From NCBI RefSeq assembly GCF_006345805.1, contig NW_021835594.1, forward strand, positions 1 to 25,761: DNA of 25,761 bases, read 5' to 3'. Below the pieces are notes generated by a model. The model searched no databases and was not told the origin of the DNA. It saw nothing but the letters and a program-made list of their open reading frames with translations. The stretch comes from Octopus sinensis (lineage: Eukaryota). Below, piece after piece: positions 1 through 11,239 of the stretch (positions within the stretch are counted from its first letter, which is position 1; each line of letters starts with the position of its first letter). The translations under genes were made by a program, and so were the position numbers.

Positions 1-617
1 TATATATATATAAATAATATACCTATACACGTATACATATATATGTGTGTGTGTATATATATATATAATATACCTTTATATATGTGTGTGTGTGTGTGTA
101 TGTGGGGACGATTAAACGAGCTTCAAAATGGATTACAAGGAATGTTGCTGTCAAATCTAATTCCGGTTCTTCAATATTTAAAGTACATTACACACTATAC
201 ACGATACGAAACTATTAATCACAACTACTCCCTACTTCTGCGTGTGTGTTTGTGTGTGTGTGTGTGTGTCTGTGTGCGTGAGAGAGAGAGAGAGAGAGAG
301 TGTGGGCCTGGGTGTGTGCGTATGCAAGAGCCATTATTCGTTATCGTACTCCATTTGTCTGTAATTATAGTCATACGAGTATGAAGTAGGTGTGTGTTTA
401 TCTTTTTATGTTTTCATATTTGTGCGTAAGTGTATGTATATTATATATATATCTATATATATATATATATAATATATATTATATATATATATAGGTACAG
501 TCGCATGACCGTGTACAAAAAAAAGGACGAAGCACGAGTACATGGAAAATGAACTATTCTTTGGGACAATGAAAGACACAAATGGAAAACAAAACAAACA
601 TAAGAACAACCCTATAT

Positions 618-650
<33 letters not shown>

Positions 651-961
651 GCATGTATAAGCAGAGAAGTAGACTAACAAATGAAATGCGAAATATGGGA
701 AGCTTCTAACTATGTAGAAAGTTCACAAAACCTATGTATAACCCGTGCAAAGCCCTATACACCGAAGTCTACCTTGGTCCTGCTTCTTTTGATAGCCGGA
801 TGAGCAATAACACAATTTCAATCTGGCGCTTGTTGGTGGTGTAGAGGTCACGCTGTTAAATACCTACGAGCGCGCGCATACACACACACACTCATACAAA
901 TACACACACACACATATATGTATGTATGCATGCATAAATAATTATATATATATATATAGTT

Positions 962-1097
962 AATCCCCCCAAAAAACGAAGAAAAAACACACGATGAAAA
1001 CAACGAAGCGAGGAATTGGTACATGCAAAATATTAGCAGACGCTCAAGGAAGGAAGGAAAGAAAGGTGGTTTTTACATTTCGAGCAAAGCTCTTCAT
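962..1097 (-). mobile_element. Short interspersed repeat (Penelope-like end / retrozyme-like), related to 14339-14450
   Basis: Minus strand reads ATGAAGAGC-TTT-GCTC-GAAATGT...cttccttGAGCGTctgCTAATA; the copy at 14339 reads AAGAGC-GTAG-GCTC-GAAACGT...cttcccGAGCGTtataCTAATA. Both begin at a (TA)-rich tract. The family assignment is inference. Confidence 0.55.
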
Positions 1098-1274
1098 ATA
1101 TAAATATGAATGAAAAACATGTATGCTAAATAAACATACAACATAACGTATGCTGATTGTAAAACCGGACAGGTGACAAACACAGAAGGCTCCTAATTTT
1201 TCCTCAGTTATCAACCAATTGCTAATAAACAGTTTCGCAATATCTAATAAGATTGAGAGCTTCACAATATATAT

Positions 1275-1815
1275 ATATAGTAATAATAACAATAAATCTT
1301 TGATGGAATTTATAAATATTTTAATGCATCGCTGCGCGCGTTTCCACAGATAGCATATTTCTTACGATCAAAGATCGTATTCCTGGTATGATTACGATGC
1401 AGTCCGTAGTATCCGTGGACATCGGTTTGGTTCATGTTCATGTATTCATTTCTTCGAGTGTTATAGCTTTAACGAATGTTTAACTGAGGGTTGTTAACCA
1501 ATTTTAACCAATGAGAATGTTGATTTGTGTATTTGGGCATTTGTGTGTAAATACACACAAAACTCGATCAAACTTGTTATTGGTCAAAATTGGTAAAAAA
1601 TTCTCAGTTAAACATCCATTAATGCTATATCGCCCGAAGAAATGAAGACAAGAAGGTGATCTACCCAATGTCCATGGATACTACGGAATGCACTGTAATC
1701 ATATCAGGAATACGGACTATGATCTTAAAACACTTGTGATCAGTGGAAACGCGCGTAGCGATGCATTAAAATATTTATAAATTCCATCCAAGGATTATTG
1801 TTATTATTACTATAT
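1275..1815. mobile_element. ~540-bp foldback (almost fully palindromic) MITE-like element, TA-flanked
   Basis: Left arm atatagtaataataacaataaatctttgatggaatttataaatattttaatgcatcgctgcgcgcgtttccac matches the reverse complement of 1743-1815. Inner blocks cgtattcctggtatgattac..gtagtatccgtggaca and ttcatttcttcg..tgtttaactgag..ccaatttt also have inverted partners. Centre near 1535-1550. Confidence 0.85.
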
Positions 1816-1925
1816 TTATGTCAATAATAAAAGTAATATAGTAATATACAGTGCTGGAACACAACCGTTGATATATATATATACACATATACATACCTAA
1901 AATGACTGACACACACACACATATA

Positions 1926-2012
1926 TAGGTAGGTAGGTATAGGTAGGTAGGTAGGTAGGTAGGTAGATAGATAGATAGATAGATATAGATAGATAGATAG
2001 ATAGATAGATAT

Positions 2013-2062
<50 letters not shown>
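1926..2062 (+). repeat. Compound (GGTA)n(GATA)n microsatellite
   Basis: Directly visible tetranucleotide runs. Confidence 0.95.
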
Positions 2063-2096
2063 GGGAAAATGGATAGATGTAGATATATATTATATA

Positions 2097-2316
2097 TATT
2101 GGGAGGACTGTTCTAAAGTTCTTGGGTCTGGGTAAGCATAATTACGAAAGGATCAGTTAATTATCCTTTTATTTAAAATATTCTCCTCTCAGATTCACAC
2201 GCTTTTTTTCAACGATCCTTCCCTTTTTCTAATCCCTGCAAATGAATTCGGAATGGTGAGCCTCCAGCCAAGCTTTCTGCGATACTCTTAAACCAAGAAC
2301 TTTTTACTCCACTTTT
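2097..2316 (-). mobile_element. Non-autonomous Tc1/mariner-derived miniature element
   Basis: Inverted repeat AAAGTTCTTGG (2115-2125) / CCAAGAACTTT (2293-2303). The minus strand, with one 1-nt frameshift, gives QGLEKGKDR*KKRVNLRGEYFK*, resembling the mariner transposase C-terminus (KL..RW.KC....GEY.E*). Confidence 0.7.
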
Positions 2317-2324
2317 ATCTACCT

Positions 2325-2502
2325 GTCTGTCTGTTTGTCTGTCTGTCTATCTATCTCTCTATCTCTCTATCTATCTCTCTGTCTATCTCTCTATCTATCT
2401 ATCTCTCTATCTATCATTCTTGTTGTTTTCTATTTCTCTCTCTCTCTCTCTCTTTCTCTTTCTCTTACACTCACTATATATACATACATACACACACACA
2501 CA

Positions 2503-2552
<50 letters not shown>
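2325..2552 (+). repeat. Compound (TCTG/TCTA/TC)n, (CA)n, (TA)n microsatellites
   Basis: Directly visible. Confidence 0.9.
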
Positions 2553-2994
2553 TGCTATCAATCTGTGTTAATGCTGGTTACGTATGTGTGTGTCTATATA
2601 TATTATTTCCCCATTTTCCAGTCTTACCATTCCGTGTGGCAATAATAATTAATGTTAGGGAAATGGCGGAGCTTGCTACCACGTAATAAAACTTATAACA
2701 TTCCAAACGTACGCACTCGCACGTACGCACACTTATATAAATGGCACGCTCACACCTACACTCATAAGCCTATTCGCACTCACGCAGAGCACATAAAACA
2801 CACACACACACACACACACACATACACCGGCTTGTTCGCGCACACTCACACATGTAGACAAACGCAAACTCTGAAAGGCACAATCACTAACTTACACCCA
2901 AATAAGAACTCCTAAACCATACGAGCTGACACACACACACTGACGTGCAAACCACAAACGGAAACACACACAGCCATACACAGACACTGCTGTC

Positions 2995-3117
2995 GCTGTC
3001 TCTCTCTCTCTCCCTCTGCCTTCCTTTCGGTATCACTCTCTCCCTCCTCTCATTCCCTCCATCTCTCTCTTCCTCTCCCTCTCCCTCCCCCACCCCCTCC
3101 ATCTCCCTCTCTCTCTA

Positions 3118-3203
<86 letters not shown>

Positions 3204-3320
3204 CCTACCTACCTATCTATCTCCCTCTTTCTCTGCTGCTGTGTATGTATCGGTACCTAAATCTCTACATATGGTTCTTCTCTCTCACTCTTTCTCTCTC
3301 TCTCTCTCTCTCTCCCCCAC
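2995..3320 (+). repeat. Pyrimidine-rich (TC)n tract with a long pure (TCTA)n at ~3115-3200
   Basis: Directly visible. Confidence 0.9.
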
Positions 3321-3619
3321 CCTCTCTCTCTCTAAACTTCCACACTCTGTTATTTCAAGTTCATATACACAGCGATGTCTGATTCCCGTGCTGTTTTCTC
3401 TCTCTCTCTCTTTCTTTGTTTTCTTCTTTCTTTCTCTCTTTTATTCATTCCTTCTGTCCTTTTTCTTCCTTCCTCTCTTTCTTTTAATATTTTCGTTCTT
3501 TCGTTCTTTCTTTCTTTTCATATCATTTTGTATTCGGGTAGTCCAATATCTTTATACGTGTGTGCATGTGTGTTTTATATGCAAGTAGGCATTTGTGTGT
3601 GCACCCGTACATGGTAAGT

Positions 3620-3620
3620 G

Positions 3621-3677
<57 letters not shown>

Positions 3678-3707
3678 ATATATATATATCATATATATAT
3701 ATATACC

Positions 3708-3768
<61 letters not shown>

Positions 3769-3913
3769 ATATATATATATATATAATTGCTAAGATGATC
3801 TGTTCTTGACTGATGACTGAGGGCTTCGAATGTCCGTCCTGTGGTTCTTGTGCGTCTCTGTGGTGTTTCATGTTCTTGTCCATGTCTGTAATTAATTTTA
3901 ACTGTTTACCTAG

Positions 3914-3953
<40 letters not shown>

Positions 3954-4191
3954 GTATATAATATATGTGTATATAGAGATAGATATATAGATAGATATTA
4001 GATGATAGATAGATGATAGATAGATATATAGATAGATAGATAGATAGATAGACAGATAGATAGACAGAACAGACAGACGACAGACAGCAGATAGACAGAC
4101 ACAGATATATAGATACATACAGACAGATAGATAGATAGATAGATAGATAGAAGATAGATAGATAGATAGATAGATAGATACATAGACAGAC

Positions 4192-4226
<35 letters not shown>

Positions 4227-4236
4227 ATACATAGAC

Positions 4237-4315
<79 letters not shown>

Positions 4316-4316
4316 C
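3620..4316 (+). repeat. (TA)n arrays (3620-3786, 3912-3940) and compound (GATA/GACA)n array (~3975-4316)
   Basis: Directly visible; explains the YIYI/IYLS ORFs in the track. Confidence 0.9.
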
Positions 4317-4439
4317 ACGTGCATTATATACACAAATAATATATATATAAAGAGAGAGACATATACAATGTGTAGATAGAGAAATATGCGTATAAATCGT
4401 TACTACTACTGCTGCTGCTGGTAGTGCTGTCACTCAAGT

Positions 4440-4700
4440 TGCATGTGTGTAGTGCATGTTTGTGTATGTGTATGTGCGTATGTATATGTACGTATGCTAC
4501 TATGTGTGTATGCCACTGTGCGTGTTCTTGTGTATTTGTGTGTGTGTGTTTGTGTGTGTGTGTGTGAGTGTGTGTGTGTGTGTGTATGTGTGTATAGGCG
4601 TACGCATGTGTTGTTGCATAAGTTTTTTTAACGGACATCTAATGAGAAAGAGAAGTCGAAAAAGTTACGGAACGAAAACGGATTAAAGTAGCGCGCGCAC

Positions 4701-4734
<34 letters not shown>

Positions 4735-4900
4735 GAGAGGAGAGAGGGAGAGAGAGACCGAGACGGAGAGAAGGTGCGAGAGAGAGGCCCTAGGGATGTG
4801 AGAAAGAGACTAAGAGGAAAATATAGAGAAGAAAAGAAAGCGTGTAACATGTAGAGGGGGAAGAATTGTGAGAGAAAGAGAGAATGAGAGAAAGTGGTTG
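4440..4900 (+). repeat. (TG)-rich and (GA)-rich low-complexity tracts
   Basis: Directly visible. Confidence 0.85.
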
Positions 4901-4936
4901 GTGTAATTTAGTTTCCATTCACATCAAAGTACATTG

Positions 4937-5286
4937 AATTTGTGGCATTCCGTCGGTTACGACGACGTGGGTTCCAGTTGATCCCATCAACGGCACAGTG
5001 TAAGTGGCTGAGCACTCCACAGGCACGTGTACCCTTATCGTAGCTCTTGGGAAGATTCAGCGTGACACAGAGTGTGACAAGGCTGGCCCCTTTGAAATAC
5101 AGGTACAATAGGAACGAGAGAAAGTTGTGGTGAAAGAATACAGCAAATTCGTCCCCTGCCCCGTCGGAGCCTCGTCGAGGTTTAGGTGCTTCCGCTCAAT
5201 AAACACGACGCCTGGTCTGGGAATCGAAACAGTGACCCCAGGACAACGAGTCCGCTAGCCTAATCACTGGGCCATTGCGCATCCAC
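4937..5286 (-). mobile_element. Near full-length tRNA-derived SINE with putative target-site duplication
   Basis: Minus strand begins gtggatgcgcaaTGGCCCAGTGAttagg (A box) and has GTTTCGATTCC (B box, 5220-5230). Flanked by AGTACATTG (4928-4936) and AGTACAGTG (5287-5295), a 9-bp TSD with one mismatch. Confidence 0.85.
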
Positions 5287-5412
5287 AGTACAGTGGGTAC
5301 ATAACAGGAATTGCTATAATACATTCTTGATGTTTCGCTTGTTGGTGAAAGAATTATGATAAACAATTTGTTAGATTGGCTGTTTACACACATACTCATA
5401 AACACACATACA

Positions 5413-5470
5413 CATACATACATACATACATACATACATACATACATACATACATACATACATACATACA
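5413..5470 (+). repeat. (TACA)n microsatellite
   Basis: Pure run, directly visible. Confidence 0.95.
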
Positions 5471-5949
5471 TCACATGGCAAAATGCGAGTATGAAAAGCA
5501 ATTTTCTTAAGATTATAAAACTGGAAAAAGTATAGGACAAACTATTACTTCTAGTAGAGTAAAGAGTAAGAAACTTTTTACTTAAAATATTGCAGCAAAG
5601 AATGCCATTTCTTCTAATTTGTCACTCTTTTAAATTTATTGTACAAAACTGTTCAGCTAATTTGTAAGTTTGTCTAATTAGTCACTTTTTACTGTATTTA
5701 AGGTAGTAAATTAGCCAAATTCTACATAAATACGTTTAGTGTTATTTGTAAACTATAATAAAATAAGTTTTACCATTTAAATTTTAATTTTATCTGCAAT
5801 ATTTTAAGTGAATCGTTTCTTATTCTTTACTTTAGTAGAAATAATAAGCTTGTCCTATAATTTTACAGGTGTAATAACTTGTCCTGTACTTTTCCAGGTT
5901 TATAATCTTAAGAATATTACTTTTCATGCTCGCATTTTTTCCATGTAAT
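5470..5949. mobile_element. ~480-bp foldback / long-TIR DNA-transposon derivative
   Basis: 5470-5595 (atcacatggcaaaatgcgagtatgaaaagc..cttaagattataaaactggaaaaagtataggacaa..gtaaagagtaagaaac..cttaaaatattgcag) matches the reverse complement of ~5794-5949. The right arm has an extra ~29-bp tandem unit (5850-5878 / 5879-5907). Confidence 0.8.
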
Positions 5950-6939
5950 CCATGATTTTTCCAGGCATTACTGTTATGAGATAATTAATAATGCGTCAAT
6001 TAATAATTTAAGATTTTATTTCACTTTTTCCATGTAAGTGATGATAATATTTTCAATTTTTTTCATGCGTAATTTAAATATTTGTTGTGATTGAATCATC
6101 TGATATTACCCATCTACACCAAATTAATACTTGGTTGCACCATGGCTCACCAAAAGTTACAAACAACCAGACTCCAAAATCATCAGTTACCAGGCTCACC
6201 TTAAGTAACCTAATTTTGCAAAATTAGGTCATAGGAATTCATTCAACGAAAAAAATTTCAAATGATTCCGGGATTGGCGGGGACCCCGCTACCTCATTTT
6301 TTCCGAACCAAAATAAGGGATTTGCAACATATTGGGAGGTCAGGACACTTGATTCCACGCAAGAAAATCAATTTTTTATTTTTATTTTTTTTATTTAGTG
6401 AAAATCATGCGGGTGTTAATACAGAAATTTACCATAATGTTGTTATTTAGCCACAAATCAAACCTGATACTGCAAATCTATCATCAAAGACATTCCAGCC
6501 TTTAGCAAGCCGTCTTTTCAGGAATAATCTAGGACATTACGTACAATGGGCGTGTGATTTAGGTAGGAGGATACTTTAGCTGCTATTTTTAGCGTGTCGA
6601 GCGACCAGGTGGTGGCTCTTTCATTGTTGCGATTGCATAATGAGATATTTTTACACATATAGGTAATATGTATGTAAATCATAGGCATATATGTATATAG
6701 ATCAATGTCCTTATTGCCCCCCCCCACTTGAGGTCGCAGATATTTTGATGTAACGTTTTTTCTACTGGACCAAATCTCAAACTATTTATGCCAAAGTGTA
6801 GCTGAGGAGGTGTCCCCTTTAAAACTGCTAACAGTATGCAATTTAGTTGAGAACTGAATTAGTGGTGAAGCTTGGAATCTGCTGCGATTGACGAAATGGT
6901 GAACTTAATATAGTCAACCACTGGCGTGATTGAATGATA

Positions 6940-6973
6940 CGTATATATGTATGTGTGTATATACATACATACA

Positions 6974-7041
<68 letters not shown>

Positions 7042-7262
7042 TACATATATTATTATGTATGATGTATATATATATATATATATATACACACAATATATAT
7101 ATATGTATGTATGTATATATTATATATATATATATATATATGTGTGTTATATATAATAATATATATATATATATATAATATATATACATATGCATATACA
7201 TACACATATATATATATATACATACATAAATGCATGCATATATACATACATACGTACGTACA
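6940..7262 (+). repeat. Compound (TACA)n/(TA)n/(CA)n microsatellite
   Basis: Directly visible. Confidence 0.9.
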
Positions 7263-7515
7263 TGCAGACAGACAAGTAAAGCGAGGGAGACAAGTATACA
7301 CAATTTTAGCCTATTAGTGCAGGGGTGTATACACATCGACATATGAGTACACATTCTCTGAATCCCTTATACTTATAAATGCCGAAAATACTCTTTGCAT
7401 AAAATGTCTTGTCACATTGTCAGAGATGAGCTTGAACCCAAGTAGGAGAGCTTAAATTTCAAAGAAATTTGCATACAAGTGTAGGTGTGCGTGTATGTGC
7501 AATTTTTTTATGGGG

Positions 7516-7550
<35 letters not shown>

Positions 7551-7883
7551 GTGGTGTGAGCAAAATCTAGCAATACACATAATGAAAAAAGGTAAATTCA
7601 GTCCCTAATATACATTCTCAGTTGCGTACCTATTATTACTGGTGCACAGGATACCTACAAACCAAATGGAGTGAAGTATGACTGAAGCTGGGATTTTGGG
7701 GAGAGAATGCAGATCCTTAATTCATACACTACAATGATCACAGTACCTAGGCAATAAAAATCTGGAAGAGTTCCTTAAGAGTTTAAGGATGATGTAGAAA
7801 ACAAAGTGTATTTCTTTACAAGCTTGACATCAAAAAAAGAAGTCCGGTTAAAATTAGCTCTGAATCAAAAAAGAAAGGATCAT

Positions 7884-8071
7884 GCAGGAGTGGCTCAGTG
7901 GTAAGAAACTTGCTTCCTAACCACATGGTTCCGAGTTCAGTCCCGCTGCGTGGCATCTTGGGCAAGTGTCTCCTACCATAGCCTTGGGCCGACCAATGCC
8001 TTGTGAGTGAATTTGGTAGACGGAAACTGAAAGAAGCCTGTCGTATATATATATATATATATATATATATA
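7884..8071 (+). mobile_element. CORE-type tRNA SINE (octopus OR-like), 5' half ending in (TA)n
   Basis: gcaggagTGGCTCAGTGGtaag (A box), GAGTTCAGTCCC (B box), then gcgtggcatcTTGGGCAAGTgtct (CORE-like). Clearly homologous to 19185-19350. Confidence 0.9.
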
Positions 8072-8119
8072 ATCCTTTATTTATCTAGTCTCGAAGTCTT
8101 ATTCTTTTGTTGTTAGTTT

Positions 8120-8121
<2 letters not shown>

Positions 8122-8171
<50 letters not shown>

Positions 8172-8197
8172 CATCATCGTCATCATCATGATCATCG

Positions 8198-8240
<43 letters not shown>
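8122..8240 (+). repeat. (ATT)n(ATC)n trinucleotide array
   Basis: Directly visible. Confidence 0.95.
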
Positions 8241-8936
8241 TATATATGTGTGTCTGTGTTTGTTCCCCAACCATTATATGAATACAGCAAAGCTGAAGCT
8301 GTTAAACGCATTCGGACAATATTTCTGGTTAGCAGATAATTTTCTTTCTCTCTACTACAAAATCAGAAACCTCTAAAATAATATTAAGTCATAGGGGATG
8401 CCTTTACTTTCCTGACAAAATGGAAAATACGACTATATATATATTTTTTTGCTTTGATTTATTTTACTAAAGTTGACGGCAGAATGTCTGCATATAGACC
8501 TTGAGAAATGCTAGCTTCTGCTTTCTGTAGTTAAAATACATCAATATCATTGGGCATTATTACTAAAACATCGGAGAAATACGATGAATATTTCGTTTTT
8601 AAGTTCTGATTTCAAATCCCAATATCTGTATTCAGCATTACTGTTCATACTTCGTGTGCATGCATACATATACATACATAAATATATACATGCATACATG
8701 TGGGTGTATGTATGTGTGTGTGTGCATTGTTTTATATTGAATAAATCAGAGAGGAGTCCTCAGTATATATTGTAGGGAATATGTTCATTTTAAAAAAAAT
8801 TCTAGGTGAGAGTGTGTGTCGCGACACGAGCTTCTCACCTGAAGATCGAAATGGTGTGAAACATGAGACAAACGCTCAGTCGTTTTCGTTTCAAAAAAAT
8901 AAAACTATATGTATAAACATATATATGCGTGTATGT

Positions 8937-8937
8937 A

Positions 8938-9033
<96 letters not shown>

Positions 9034-9302
9034 ATCTATCTATATGTATATATATATATATGTATATATATATATGCATATATACATACATATATATATG
9101 TGTGTGTGTGTGTGTGCGTGTATGTATATATATATATATATGCATACATATAACATATATATTTATTTATATTCATATATATATACATATATATTTCTAT
9201 GAATTATACGTATATCTATAAACATATTTGCATATATGTATGTATCGGTCGATTTCTATCTCGCCATATATATGGGTGTGTATGTGTGTGTGTGTGTGTG
9301 TG
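8937..9302 (+). repeat. Pure (ATCT)n (~8937-9030) followed by (TA)/(TG) tracts
   Basis: Directly visible. Confidence 0.9.
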
Positions 9303-9919
9303 AGTATGAGAGTATATACCCACCATCTTCCACACACTTCTTGTAGCACGACAGGCGATTAATATCCACTATAATACGTTTGACACGTCACCATCATCAT
9401 ATTAAAATAGATACATATGAATAAATAAAAATTAATGAATATATAAACAGACATCTTAAAATTCTCAACTCTCTTTGGTGTGACAGGAAGGACAGCGAGC
9501 AGTACATATCCATCCATACACACGTACAAACACATATACCTTCTAAAACTCTCTCTATCTCTCTCTCGAACACACATACTCTTATGCACTCTTACACACA
9601 CACACGTCATAATTCTACATAGGATTTCGAAAGCAGTAAATTGTTTTGCTTTCGCTATAACCATGGTTACAGTTATTAGTTCACACAAGCCTTCGCGCTG
9701 CGGTTTGTATCAGCAATGGCGTTATGATTGATGTAAAGACGTTCGGATGGCATCTCTTGGCCAAAAAGAAAAATGGTGGGGCGGAGTCGGGAGGGGGGAG
9801 GAGGTAAAAACAAAAAAAAAACAAAAAAAAAACAAAAAGAAGAAAAACGAAACAGAAAAGAAAATGACTTAGATATTATGACTAATGCAGCCCTTCTACA
9901 ATCTCTACCTTGCCCTTGC

Positions 9920-10008
9920 TGCTGCTGCTACTACTACTACTACTACTATTAACACCATTACCTCTACTATTACTACAACTACCATCTCCATCGCCATCAT
10001 CACCACCG

Positions 10009-10059
<51 letters not shown>

Positions 10060-10286
10060 TTACTACTACTATTTTTACTACTATAATAAATAATACTACC
10101 ACTACTACCACCACCACTACTATTACCACCACCACCACCACTACTACTATTACTACTATTACTACCATAATAATAATACCATCACTACAACCACCATTAC
10201 CACGACTACTAATTACATCCTCTCCACTACCACAATCACCACCACCATCATCATCACGACCACTACTACTACTACTACTGCTGCTT

Positions 10287-10347
<61 letters not shown>

Positions 10348-10350
10348 ACG
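9920..10350 (+). repeat. Compound (ACT)n/(ACC)n/(ATC)n trinucleotide array
   Basis: Directly visible; source of the poly-Thr/poly-Leu/poly-Val ORFs. Confidence 0.9.
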
Positions 10351-10691
10351 CTCACCATAGTCACCGCCACCCTTTAACTCTAATATTTCCGCTCCCGCCA
10401 TCACCAACATTGTAGGAATAGCAACGAGAGTTTGTTCCTGCTCAGCTTGGTTAAGCTTTGCCTTGTCTTAAGAAAGGAGAGGCATTAACGATTTGGTTTA
10501 ATGAGAAATAGCAATGGACTATTTTTGACATTTCACTTTGCAAAGAAAAGTGGCAGTGTGTGTGTGTGTGTGTGTGATGGATGAATCTGTATCTAAATAC
10601 GTTTACTTTTTTGTATCCATGATACAGTTCTACAAATATTTTCGTTTTGTTTTTTACAATATAAATTTACTCGTTCGAAATCTTTTAAACT

Positions 10692-10734
<43 letters not shown>

Positions 10735-10780
10735 GTGTTTTTTATACACAAATATACATACAATACCTACCACATATAAG

Positions 10781-10821
<41 letters not shown>

Positions 10822-10886
10822 TATATATATAGTATTTTTATATAGATTAAAGCTTATGGCGTTCAACGTGCGTTGACTAGGAAACT

Positions 10887-10978
10887 TCTAATAAAGGGGA
10901 TATAAACCCTCGACAGAAAAAGGCTTTCCCAAGAGAACTTTTTTTTTCTGTCGAGGGTTTATATGCCCCTTTATTAGA
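10887..10978. other. Near-perfect hairpin, 35-bp stem with one bulge
   Basis: TCTAATAAAGGGG-ATATAAACCCTCGACAGAAAAA (10887-10921) pairs with 10943-10978, with a single unpaired G at 10965. Confidence 0.95.
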
Positions 10979-11239
10979 CTATGTTCCTTAGTCATTGCAC
11001 GGTGAGCACCATAAGCTTTAAGCTAATAGAAAAAATAGCATTATTATTATTTACAGGATTGTAAATCACGACGCCGGAAAAATAGAACATTCGCACTGAA
11101 AGCATAAATACATACAAACATATATATATATATATATGTATGTATATATATATGTATGCATGTATATATACATACATGTATATATACATACATGTATATG
11201 TACATACATATGTCTAATACATATGTGAGAAACACTCTC

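Noticed and set aside
3611-3619. Consensus splice donor ATG|GTAAGT (and a minus-strand one near 24980-24988)
   Set aside because: No credible upstream acceptor or coding exon; isolated donors are common.
9885-10415. 176-aa Thr/Leu-rich ORF (mucin-like appearance)
   Set aside because: It is the translation of (ACT/ACC)n arrays, open in several frames and on both strands, with no splice or domain evidence.
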